DNA of 63,807 nucleotides, the filler included, from Olpidium bornovanus S191 (lineage: Eukaryota > Fungi > Olpidiomycota), in the NCBI GenBank assembly GCA_017911155.1. It is 32 parts of 32 records of this genome, joined end to end, with 100 filler letters (N's around TTAATTAATTAA, not from the genome) between each part and the next. Parts side by side here need not be neighbours in the genome. Positions count along the whole stretch, not along the records: positions 46,121 to 47,523 come from JAEFCI010011830.1; positions 47,624 to 49,302 come from JAEFCI010005505.1; positions 49,403 to 52,353 come from JAEFCI010003945.1; positions 52,454 to 53,727 come from JAEFCI010011333.1; positions 53,828 to 55,400 come from JAEFCI010007228.1; positions 55,501 to 57,849 come from JAEFCI010005970.1; 26 more parts are not named here. One strand, written 5' to 3'. The notes beneath the pieces were generated by a model that saw only the letters and a program-made list of their open reading frames with translations, made no database searches and was not told the origin of the DNA. The position numbers and the translations under genes are program-made. Of the stretch, positions 46,121 through 57,217 are shown in pieces. Position 1 is the stretch's first letter, and every line of letters begins with the position of its first letter.

Positions 46121-47326
46121 CATGATGACGTGGATGAACGAGTTGAGCATCGCGGAGAAGTAGGCCTCGCCGTTCGGGGCGACCCGGGTCACGAGCCACC
46201 TATTTTTTTTTTCCCCGCGGGTCGGAACGGGAACATTTTCTTTTCTTTTAGCAAAACGCGTTTTAATTTGTTCGGCTTCCGGTTCTCCTCCGGCCCCACC
46301 TTCCCTCCCACACCCCTACGCCCTCCTTCTTCCCCCTTCCACCTCAATTTTTGCGCCCCTGCGCCCAAGCCGGAGAACTGACGCTCGAGCCGCAAAACGA
46401 AACGCGGGCCCGGCGCCGCGAGCGCAAAAAACGCACCAAATAACGAAGATGCTCGAGTGGTGGTACACGTGCAGGAAGGAGATCTGGTGGTTGTTTTTCT
46501 TGAATATCATGATGAGCTGGGTAAAGGGGCGGGCAGGGCGCGGCACCGAATTGGCAGAATTCAGCGCGAGAACTTTTTCGGAAAGGAAACGCAGGAACCC
46601 GCCCGACCCCCCCAGGGCGTTCAAAATCCTCGTCTTACGGTATCAACGAACTCGAAGATCTTCGAGAAGTAGAAAAGCCAAATCATCTTCGCCATCTTTT
46701 AAGCAAAAGTGAAAAAAAGAAAAGGTCACAATTTCAGCGACGGACGACGGTGCGCGCCGCTTCGCGAAGCGTTATCCCCCCCCCCCCCCCCCCCTTTTCC
46801 TCGCGCCCCCTTCCCGGCATGCCGTCCGCCCCCTTCCCCGGGCCCGACCGAAAACAAAAACCGCACCCACCGGCCACCCGGTCGCGGTGTGGTCCGGCGC
46901 GTTCCCGAAAAGCGAGTAGCCCCTCCCGATCGCCTCGGCGAGTATCCCGAAGCACATGTACGCGCTTAGGGCGGTGAGAAAGGTGTTATGGAGCAGCGAG
47001 AATGCCTTCGCCTGGAACTTCGCGCGCGGAGCCATGAGGGCCTTGCCGGCGAAGACCATCGCAAAGTAGGCAAGGACGATGACGGCGACGTGGAAGGGGT
47101 TCATGAGGGGCAGGCGGCGCGCGTGCGGGGATGTGGCGGCGGGGCCGCCGAGGAAGTCGGCGGCGGCGGCGGCCTGGCTCGGGAAGTGGCGGAAGGCGAG
47201 CTGCCGGACGGCGCTCTCGACAGGGTCCAGATACGGCGCAAAGCACGCGCCGGCCCTGTCGGCGAAGGCGAGGAAGTAGTCGACGGCGGCCGCCGGGGCC
47301 GGGGCCGCGGCGGCTCCGGCGGGCAT
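46121..47326 (-). CDS. PUFA (delta-6 type) fatty acid elongase, ELO/GNS1-SUR4 family, 3'-partial
   Basis: LPLMNPFHV, FSLLHN, SAYMC, MAKMIWLFYFSKIFEFVDT, KKNNHQISFLHVYHHSSIF (His box), VAPNGEAYFSAMLNSFIHVIM; very close to the recalled Mortierella alpina GLELO sequence. Confidence 0.92.
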
Positions 47327-47406
47327 ATTGTTGTTGTTGCGGGCGGGCGAGTCCGGGTGCGAAAACGGAAAGAAAAGGATTTGTTGGGGCGGCTTTTTCT
47401 TTCCTT

Positions 47407-47451
<45 letters not shown>

Positions 47452-47623
47452 TTTTTTTTTTTTCCCCCCCCCCCGGCCCCCCCCCCGGGGGGAAAAGGAA
47501 AAAAAAAAAAAAAAAAAAAAAAANNNNNNNNNNNNNNNNNNNNNNNNNNNNNNNNNNNNNNNNNNNNTTAATTAATTAANNNNNNNNNNNNNNNNNNNNN
47601 NNNNNNNNNNNNNNNNNNNNNNN

Positions 47624-49122
47624 ACACCGGGGGAGCAAGGTGCTCCGCCCCTCAAATCACAGCCCTTCTTGACACGATCAACAACTCTGGCGGCCAAGCG
47701 ACTCCTTTTCAGCCGCAAGAACTGGACAATGATACATTCCATGAACTGCTTCGTGAGTGCCTGAGATCCAGCAAGTCTTCAAGCAGTGAAAATTTGTCAG
47801 TGATCAGCGGGAGGGACAACGCGACACCATCGCCGCGCGGCGTTTCGGTGTCTGCGGGACCGGCAGGCAGAGCGTCGCGGACAACAAGCCCTGTCTTGCG
47901 CCCCGTATCTCCGTCGCGGAGCCCGCAACGCGTCCGCCAGCGCGATTTCATCGAGGACGCAGTCAAGGACGTTTCGACGGGGCTCGGCGACGGCCAGCGG
48001 GCGAAGCGCGACGACGAAAACCGCCGCCAAGGCTCTCTCGGGGTCCCGACGCCACCGCGCGGTGTGCCCGTATCGGTCGTCAGCGCTCGCGCCGACAGCT
48101 CGGCTTCGGGCAACGCGGACTCCCAGCGCAGGGAAGCCGCCAGGCCTCCCAGCAGGCCTTCCGCGGGGTCGGGCCTGTCCGGGGCGGCCGCCGCCGACGC
48201 CGGAAAGTCGGACCGCACCAGCAGCCCCAGGCCGCCCGCACCGGAATCTCGTCGACGGCGGCCCGAGGGCGAAGAAGGCGACGGCGGGATGACGGTAGCC
48301 GTCACCCACGCGCATCACGACGAGGCGAAGAAGAGCCAGGAGCGCCAGAAGAACGAGGAGGAGGCGGCGGCCACGAAGATCGAAAGGTTTCTCCGCAACA
48401 GGCTGGACACCTCCGCCGACCGGCAAACGCTGCACAACCTGCGGATCCTCGGGCAGGCTGAGCGGGAGATCCGCGCGATGATGGATAGGGCCGCCGGCGA
48501 CGAGCGGCAGCAGGAAGGGCGCCAGACGCCGCGCCCGACCCCGTCCGACCGCTCCCGGCCCCGAGACGTCTTCGTGAGCCGGGCGCGCGCGTTCGCCGAG
48601 CCGATCACCGTGGTCCTGAACGCGGTCGAGGGCAAGGAGCTGACGCCCTTTGACCGGGACGCCGCCCTCCCCGCCGGGGCGCGCGTGCACCCGCGCCACC
48701 GCGACTTTCTGGCCTACGAAGCGGGGCTCGACCGCCTCCTGGCCGAGCTGGACGCCGTCCAGAACGCCGCCGGCAGCGCCGAAGTCCGCGACCTCCGGAA
48801 GCGGCTCGTCGCGGAGGTGAACGGCATGCTTGGCGAGGTGGACGCCAAGAAGAGGGAGGCCTACGCCGCCGCCGCCGCCGCCGCGCGCGGCGGCAAGGGA
48901 GAAGGGGAGGCGGAGGAGGGCGCCGGCTGCGGCGGCACCGACGGGACCGAACAACGGGACACCGTGCGGGACAAGCGGGGGAAGGGGGAGGAGGACAGGG
49001 CGGCGGCCGACGGGTCGTGGGACAAACTGTCCGAGCTTTACCGGGAGAACAGCGAAGTCGAGAGACCTCCCGCCGGGGCGGAACAGGGCGAGGGAGAAAA
49101 CCGCGCGGCGCCGCCCCATTAA
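47624..49122 (+). CDS. BAG-domain co-chaperone with IQ-like motif (5'-partial)
   Basis: FLAYEAGLDRLLAELDAVQNAAGSAEVRDLRKRLVAEVNGMLGEVD is a BAG three-helix pattern; upstream EAAATKIERFLRNR is IQ-like. Confidence 0.75.
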
Positions 49123-49219
49123 TCGATCGGAAAGGCAGACCGAAAGAAAAAAGAAAAAAAATGAAATAAAAAAGAAGCGTCAACTGGCAGGATATACAAA
49201 CTCCGGCTTCCCCCCTCAT

Positions 49220-49268
<49 letters not shown>

Positions 49269-50552
49269 ACCCCCCCCCCCCCCCCCCCCCCCCCTCCCCC
49301 CCNNNNNNNNNNNNNNNNNNNNNNNNNNNNNNNNNNNNNNNNNNNNTTAATTAATTAANNNNNNNNNNNNNNNNNNNNNNNNNNNNNNNNNNNNNNNNNN
49401 NNCCCCCCCCCCACCTTCCCCCAACCCGTTCTCCCGCCTCGCTGTATTGCACCGGTCCCCTCGTAACAAAAAAAAAAAAAAAAAGAAAAAAAAAAAAAAA
49501 CGGGAACGCCGTAGAACCTCCATTATTTATCCCTTGGTTACACCTGTTTTATTCTTTAAACTGTGCAATCTTTTTCCATCAACCCACGATTTAAAGGAAG
49601 ACCGGAGAGAATTGCATAATCATTTCACCCCGCCTCTCGAAAACCGTCAGACTACTAAACATGTACTTCCCCTTCATCGCCCGCACCCCCCTAACCTCAC
49701 ACCCCCAACCCCTTTTCTCCCCGGAAGAAAAACAACCCACCCAGAGCCTTCGATCCTTTTTCCGCCAAAACAATAAACTACACGTCACTCACCGCATTGA
49801 AAGTTTTGTTCTGCTCTCTTTCTTGCTTTCTGATTTATTTTCTTACGCACTTGAGGCTAGACAATACATCTTTCCCCGGACCTCACGTGTTTAGCAGGAC
49901 CGGCGTGTGAGAGAGTCCCCGTCAACATTTGTGGGCCTGAATGCGGAGAACTGGGGAGGCTGCGTTCCACGGCGTGGCCTGTTTGCGTGCCCTACTGGAT
50001 AATGAATTTGAATCCTACTAACAGAAACGTGAATGTTTTATATATTGACTGATCTTCGGTCTGTGACCAATAATGGAAACCTGGCGACTTCGCGGAGTTC
50101 CCGAACTGCAGCCGCAGTGTCTGAATCCCGTGTTCTCCCGTCTCGGCCGCCGCGAGCTCTGCCATCAAACATTCATTACAAAATTATCGCCCCCCATTGG
50201 AACGTTCGACAAATAGGGTATTGCGACTGACGACGTCGCCCTCTTTCCTCTGGGGCCAACAAGTTTTGAGACGTGGGGAATTGCCGCGCAGCTGGAATCC
50301 GCTGCCAACGGCCATGCTGCGCGGCGACTCAGTTGGGCTCCAGTCCGGGGACGGTCAGCGAGGCGGGCTATCTTGCGTGCGCCTGGCCGGGCCGGGCGGG
50401 GTCCGGGTCGGGGGCCGCTCGCCACGACAACCGCCCCTCGCAACCCCGTGACGAAAGATCCAAAAGGATGACCACAAAAGCAGACATTCGCGAGCACCAT
50501 CCTTTCCGCTTCCGGCGCAGCAGCTGCAGCATCCTCCAACACACTCTCCGAC

Positions 50553-50592
50553 ATGGGTGAGGGACGTGGGGAAAAGGAGGTCCGGTGGGGTA

Positions 50593-50629
<37 letters not shown>

Positions 50630-52353
50630 GAAAAAAGAGAACAACCGCGTTGGCAATTTTTCCGCGTTTTTTTTTTTTTTTGCCGCCTTCGCTTGCCGTC
50701 GAGAGTTCAACCGGGTCATGTCGGGCCGGGTTGAGGAAAGTGGGGTGAACGGGAAGGGAACGACGGACTGTCCGATCTGAAGGCGGACGGTGCATGTGGA
50801 GACCTTCTGACCACATGTCCCCCCACTGGACGCCGTTTTCCCGCAGGTCCCACGTCGACGAAGGTCGGTTTTATCGTGGTGAACGGAAATGAACTGCGGA
50901 CAGTCGACCTCGCATCGGGCCCGGTCCAGGCCGGCCGCCTTCTGGAGCCTTTACCACCGCTGGAGCTGCTCGGGAGCCTCCGGTTCGACTCCAAGGTCGT
51001 CAGCCGAACCCACGCCAAGGTGTTCATGCAAGATGGCAAGGTAACCGCCGGGAAGCATCGGCCCTGACGGCTGTCATGGAGGCGGAGGAAGAACAGAGCC
51101 AAAGCCTGCTTTACGATCTGTCCGGTAGTTATACATCCAAGACACCAAGTCGTCCAGCGGGACATTCCTTAACGGACAACGGCTCAGCAACATGGGCCAG
51201 GAGAGCGGGCCGAGGGAATTGAGGGATGGGGACATCGTGGTGCTCGGAGAAGACTACAACCTGGACGGCGGTCAGTCAGTTCTCTCCGCGGGCCCTGACT
51301 TTTTCAACGGTTATTTGCCTGTCTGCTCTGTTTGCTGACGTTAGGGACGCCCGACCGGCCATTAACCAGCCGACCACAAGGCTATAATCCTGAAAACCGT
51401 TATTCCGCATGCCCCGGAGCCGAAGCAGTTCCAGTGGCGCCTCACGGAGGCCGGTGGCGCGGACGACACAGTGTCGCCGACGGACGGCTTTGGGGCCGTC
51501 GGGAACGCAGACGTGCAGGCGGGAATCGAAACCGATTTCGAGCAGGTGTGGAGGAGCATCACTCAAGATATTCCGCGTCCGCTCGATCGGCTGCGGCAAA
51601 TGCTGCTGCTCTTGCCCTCAGCGCAGGAGAACGGGAAACCGCGGGCGCAGCCGACGGTCGCGGAAGGGCCCACTGTCTGCCGCGACGAGGGGAGCGCGGC
51701 GGCTGGTCACACCCAAAGGGCAGGGACCCTCATTGGTAAGCCGCCATTCGTGAATCGCTTGGCAGACGCGCCGCCCCTGCCGAACACGGCCTCGGACGAC
51801 GGAGCAGCGGAATCGTCGCAGGCGTCAGAAGGTCAGCTGGCGTCACCGAAAGCTGCCGGCCGCAACCTCGCGTCTCCTAGGCCCGCTACGCCCCCGGTGC
51901 CGCGGATCGCGACCCCCCCTGTCGAATCGGCAAGCGGCGCCATCCGGCCCCGCGACTTCCGCGAACGCCACCACGCGTCGCCGACACCGACCTCCCAGCC
52001 CGCGAGTCCCGATGCTTCCTCGCAGCGGCCTGCTCCGGACGCCTCACCGCAGCACGCGCCGCCCTTATTGCGTGGCTTCTCTGGATGCACTCTCCCTCCC
52101 GTCAACCCGTCTTCGCCCTCTCGGGTGTTGGCCTCGGCGCGGGCGATCGAGAAGGCGCTCAACGAGGGCGACCCGCCCAGACTCCTGAATCCGACGGCGC
52201 GCCCCCACAAGCAAATCAGCGAAGCGGGCGCGGGCGAATCCGTCGTCGCCTCGTACATACAGAGCCTCTCCACGTTCCCGTCTTCGAAGATCCAGGCGCG
52301 GCTTGTCAAACTTGCGCAGGAGGGCGACAAGGACGTCATGGCTTTGTACGGGG
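50553..52353 (+). CDS. FHA-domain protein (SLMAP/Vps64-type FHA), multi-exon, 3'-partial; start uncertain
   Basis: LRFDSKVVSRTHAKVFMQDGK|LYIQDTKSSSGTFLNGQRLS...LRDGDIVVLG are FHA motifs; a long Pro/Ser-rich linker follows. Confidence 0.85.
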
Positions 52354-52453
52354 NNNNNNNNNNNNNNNNNNNNNNNNNNNNNNNNNNNNNNNNNNNNTTA
52401 ATTAATTAANNNNNNNNNNNNNNNNNNNNNNNNNNNNNNNNNNNNNNNNNNNN

Positions 52454-53727
52454 ATGCCGAAATCGACGACCTCGGTCAGGACGTGGAGCTGGGGGTAGCT
52501 CGCGCTGCCCGTCAGGTGGATCACAAGAGGTTCCAGGGCGTAGATCTCCTGCGACTGCGGCAGGATCCGCATGACGGCTTCTTGCGGGCCTTCCACCGTC
52601 GGCGAGAACCGCACCGTCAGCTCGACCCTCCCATCGCCCTCCAGGATTCCCTGCTCCGGGTCCGCGGCGAACTGGTGGTTGCTGAGCTCGACGAAGTACC
52701 GGCACTGCAGGATGCCGAAATTTCTGAGCTGGAGCTTCGTCCGCCTGTTCGTGCCGACGCGGATGATGCCGAAGTCGTACTCCGAAGCCGAGGAGTCGAG
52801 CTTCGTCGACGCCCCGACCCCGTGGATGAGGATTGTCGTCTCGGCGAAGTCGGACGTCCTCAGCAGGAAGCGGCTGGCGACGTCGTGCTGCGGGAGGTTC
52901 GGCCTGAAGACCACGTCGACGACCTGAGTGCACGCGGGCTGCAGGGGTCCCGACGAAGGGAATATTTCAAACGGGCAGGGCATTTCGGTCCGCGTCGCGA
53001 AAAGGCTGCGATTTTCCGACTTGCCGATCAGCGTGTACTTTGTCTCGTCGATAATTATTGCCCATGGCAATGCTGTCGTGCCAGTGTTCATAAACTTGAT
53101 CTCGGATACCTGAGATTTGAGAGTAACGGTGAGTAGCAGAAACATTGCAATGCTTCGAAATAGCGAAACCGGCTTCCCCTGGGTCCCTGCTGCGGCCCTC
53201 ACATGTCGGCCATGCACCGCCTTAATTCCAAACTCAATCTTGCGTTCGGCGAGCTGCAGCGGAGGTTGGACTTTGCCGACGACTGCTAACTCGTATTGCT
53301 CTATCTCTCCGGTGCTCGTTTCTACGTCTATCTTGAGCTTCGATCTATGAGGCCCCTGGCAAAGCATGCGCATCCCCCATCAGTATATGCTTTACGCGAC
53401 TGGCGGGGAGGAAAAATAAAAAGACACGGAGCCGAAACCTTCGTTGTCTCGGCAAATCCCAGCAAAAGCTTCAGTTTCTGATTCGGAAGCATCCTAATCG
53501 GGAACATCGCCTTCCTGCTAGTGGTGACTTGGAGGCCTTCTTTCGGTTGGATGTGCTTTTTAGGGATCCGCCGCCTGCCCAACTTATCTGCCTTTTCTCT
53601 TCCCTTGCCTGCGGCCTGCGACGCTTCTGATTGTCCCTGGCGGCCGCTGTCGATTTCGTCCCAGTCGAATTCGAGATCATCCAGCCCCTCGTTCCCGAAT
53701 TCATTCCACCCGCAGTTCAGCATGAAC
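52454..53727 (-). CDS. Internal fragment of a large ciliary ASH/PapD-like Ig-repeat protein (HYDIN/CFAP47/CFAP65 type)
   Basis: Tandem beta-rich modules: IKFMNTGTTALPW...FEIFPSSGPLQPACTQVVDVVFRP; YDFGIIRVG...LQLRNFG...PEQGILEG...LTVRFSP...LTGSASYPQLHV...VDFG. Confidence 0.72.
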
Positions 53728-53827
53728 NNNNNNNNNNNNNNNNNNNNNNNNNNNNNNNNNNNNNNNNNNNNTTAATTAATTAANNNNNNNNNNNNNNNNN
53801 NNNNNNNNNNNNNNNNNNNNNNNNNNN

Positions 53828-53946
53828 AAAGCCGGCGTCGGAGTCGGGGAACAATTGGCGCAGTTGTTGCCGTGGTTGCCACCCTCGTGAGCAGCGGCCG
53901 TGGCCAGCACAGCAGCGATAACAACGGTGGCAAATGCGAACTTCAT
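53828..53946 (-). CDS. Secreted protein, N-terminus (3'-partial)
   Basis: MKFAFATVVIAAVLATAAA (classic signal peptide with AxA cleavage), then HEGGNHGNNCANCSPTPTPA; cut by the contig edge. Confidence 0.7.
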
Positions 53947-54090
53947 GATTGGATAATTGGGATGGAAATGGGAACCGTGCACAGCAGAGGTTCTACACGA
54001 ATTTGTAAGGGGAAGAGGAGAGGAACGCGCACAGCACGAGTAAGCTATTGTACGGGAGTGAGGCTCAAAATCCCCTGCGAGGCCGCGCGG

Positions 54091-54098
54091 TATTTATA
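54091..54098 (-). promoter_or_regulatory. Canonical TATA box (TATAAATA) upstream of the secreted-protein gene
   Basis: Perfect TATAAATA on the minus strand, about 145 nt upstream of the ATG at 53946, in an otherwise GC-rich region. Confidence 0.5.
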
Positions 54099-55064
54099 CG
54101 CAGGACCAGAATTCTTTTGTTTCTTCGTTCGACACGGGGACTTCTGCGTCGGCGTGGGAAGAGTGGGGCGACGGCGCAGGGAGCCAATCGGGTGATAGGG
54201 TTTGGGCCTTTCGGGGGTGCGAATTTCGGACCCCCCACACCAATCGCAGACCAAACCAGACCCCCAAACCAATCGCAGATCTTTAAATCCATCGCGGAGG
54301 GGTGTGGGCGAAAATTCGAAACTGCAAGAAACAAAATCGACCGCGGGTCGCAAATTTTCCGACCCCCGGGGCTCTCGCGGGGCAAGCGCGGTGTTTCGTG
54401 GAGAAGCAATCGGCCCCGGACTCAGTTAGCGACGGGAGAGCGCCCGTGCGGTTTTTAGGAAACCCAGGTGGAGGGGGGGCGGAGGTGGGGGGGTGGGGAG
54501 GAAGAAGGGGCGGGGTGGAAGAAGGGGCGGGCTAACGGCGCGGAGGCATGCGGAAGTAACCCGCGTGCGAACCGCCGGGTCCCAACCCGAAGTATGGGCT
54601 GTATGCCCAAATCTTCCGTGTTCCTCTTTGCGTTTGGATGGCCTGTTGGGGGGGGGGGGGGTTTCAGTAGGTCAAAAATGGTGGATCGTAGCGGCTGACT
54701 CGTTTCGGGTTGGGGAGGAGTGGGGGAGGGGGCGCTTTCTGTATGTCAATTTCGGTGGATTCATCGTAGGGCGAAACTCGCCTCCAGCGCATAAGGGGGG
54801 GGGGGCCCGGGGACCGTCTGGAGAGACCGTACGAAACTTTTTGTCCGTTTGTATTCAAGCTATCTTCGCCGTCTACGCCAGGCCCCTTTTATATAGCTGC
54901 TGGATAGGGGTTCTACGGCCAGGGGAAAGGCAGGTTTGAGCACATATTGTCCGTAGCGTCACCCCGCCAGGACCCCCCCTTCATTTTCCACTTCGCAGCG
55001 GACCAGAATCACAGCGTCACTTATTATTTCCAGAGGACGCGGGGTAGAGAGGGACAGGCGAACC

Positions 55065-55230
55065 GACAGGCTGCCCACGAGGGAAAGAGAGGCCGGCGCA
55101 GTTTCCTCAGGACGGACATTTTACAGCGACAGGCTGTCAATGAGGGAAGGGGAGGCCGGCGCAGTTTCTTCAGAACGGATAGGGAAGGGGTGGCCGGCGC
55201 AGTTTCTTCAGAACGGACATCTTACCGCCA
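55065..55230. repeat. Nested direct repeats (63-bp unit x2 with an extra internal unit), three copies of GGCCGGCGCAGTTT
   Basis: Units at 55065 and 55128; cores at 55091, 55154 and 55192. Confidence 0.85.
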
Positions 55231-56094
55231 AGGAAACACAGACTGGATGAAATCAAAGAATCGCCACGGTGTCTCAACCAGTGTGTCGAATTTTGCGAAA
55301 CGCAACAATGTCACGAAACCGGACATTTACCGCCAATGAAACAAGCCAAGCCGGATGGAAGCCAAGTCAAATAGAGCCAAGTCGAAGACACTGTGGCATG
55401 NNNNNNNNNNNNNNNNNNNNNNNNNNNNNNNNNNNNNNNNNNNNTTAATTAATTAANNNNNNNNNNNNNNNNNNNNNNNNNNNNNNNNNNNNNNNNNNNN
55501 TCGGAGGGACGTTCAGGTTGCGCCAGCACTAGGGTCGATGAGCCGCGAACAGGCTAGCCGTCCGGGCCAAGCACCACAGCAAAAAGAACTGGGCATATGT
55601 AGACAGATAGACGCGACCATGGGCGGTAATGGTGTGCTTAGGTGAGGTGGGGTGACGGAAAGGGGCAAAAAGCCACAGTTCCCTTCCGCCGAATTCCTCC
55701 CGGTAAAGTATGTAGCGTGGTGTAGTAGGACAGGCAGAGCTCCCCAGGAGCTCCTTCAACCCCTTCCCCCCTCCCCCCTCCCCCGGGACGCGGCGGGCGT
55801 GAGTGACAAATTTCGATATTCCCACGTCATTCGCGCGTGCGCGAGCGCGCGAGACCGCGTCACACAGACCGACCGACCGCGGCGAAACTCAACTCCTCCT
55901 TCCGCCCTTCCGCTGCAGTTGGCGTCTGCTCTCTCGCTCGCCTCTTCATTTGCTCCCTCGCTCGCTGCGCGGCCGTCCGTACCTTACGCCCGGCAGCCGG
56001 AGGCGAGTAACCGGCGGGCAACGAGAAAAAGCCGGATTTGGAGGCCGCTGACCGCTTCTCACCTTCCCCGCGCACACCCCCACACAGCCTTGCC

Positions 56095-57217
56095 ATGCGC
56101 CGCGCTGCCCGTCCGCAGGAAGACCCGTTGGCGCCACACGCCGCCAAGCTCACGGCAGCCCTTAACGCTCCGCGGAGCTCGCCTCTTCTCGTCGATTGTG
56201 CCCGGTTTTTTTCCGACGACCTCGCCGTCTCCACAGCCGTAGCAGTAGGTGCGGCCTTCTCGTCTAACGCGAGCCCGAACGCCGTTGCCTCATTTTGTTA
56301 CCCCTCTCCCACGCCGGGGCACACACTTCATCCTGAAACTGCCTACCTTCACATCCAGACGTCGATTCAAACGGGATGACGCTGGCTTGCACCACGAGTG
56401 TGGCGACCTACCGGAACGGAAGCGGGGCAATCCCAGGACCAACGACTACGACACAGGAGCTGCGAGTGCCTTTCTCGAGACGGGCGCGGACACCCAGAGA
56501 ATTTAACAATGCGGTGGCCGCTTTGGCTGCGGAAGCCCGCAAGGGACTCGGTGTAAGACGGAGACAGCATTTTCTTTTAGTCGATTGTGCCGGATATTTC
56601 GGGCAAGCCGACCATTTGCGCCGACGCGCGGCAACCAGAGGCCGGAACATTTGGGTGATTTCACCGGTATAACACGGTGACGATCACCCCGTCGCAGCCG
56701 TCCGCGTCGTCACTCTCGCGCCAGTCGGGTTCCATCTCGCGGTTCTTTCCGAACTTCCCAGCTGCGGTTCTGCTCCTCTTGGGCATTTCCCTGACGCTGT
56801 ATCTTCACCAGCACCCACAACCGATGCCGATAACCTGGCCACTTGTTGCCGCGCTACGGGATTTCCTCCCTCCAGTCGTCGTCAACGTGGCATTTTATCT
56901 CATTTTGGTGCTCCACGGCCTGGAAGCAACGTGCGCTGTTCTGTGTGCAAGGGCCAAGGGCTGCAACTGGAACTGCACCATCGCTTGGTGAGTCTGACTG
57001 CCGTCTGCTGCGTACCGATATCTGTGCGGCTTGGATTATTATTTTGGGTCCGGAATTGGGTCATCCTTGAATTGCGGTGTTTGCTTCCTTCTGCGTCGCC
57101 TTACTGTTGATTCCTGTGCCAATGCTTCCGCGGCGACGGCGGCTTGAAAATTTCAGGGCGATAGCAGTGGCAGTTTTTGGTTATGGCAGCTTGGCTCGCC
57201 TTGTAAACGAGGAATAA
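56095..57217 (+). CDS. DUF2470-like domain + TMEM254-like membrane domain protein, multi-exon
   Basis: Spliced DVDSNGMTL...ELRVPF...FNNAVAALAAEARKGLG, then TM helices with ILVLHGLEATCA and W|AIAVAVFGYGSL; a fungal DUF2470/TMEM254 architecture as recalled. Confidence 0.62.

Noticed and set aside
3623-47326. Apparent lipid-metabolism cluster (FAS, GPC1, PHS1, elongase, SDR) or ciliary gene cluster
   Set aside because: Genes lie on separate contigs joined artificially, so there is no evidence of linkage.
47797-49119. 440-aa antisense ORF overlapping the BAG gene, and similar long overlapping ORFs (e.g. 2037-2894, 19381-20328, 35055-35807)
   Set aside because: Shadow ORFs expected at very high GC; Arg/Pro/Ala/Gly-rich with no recognisable motifs.
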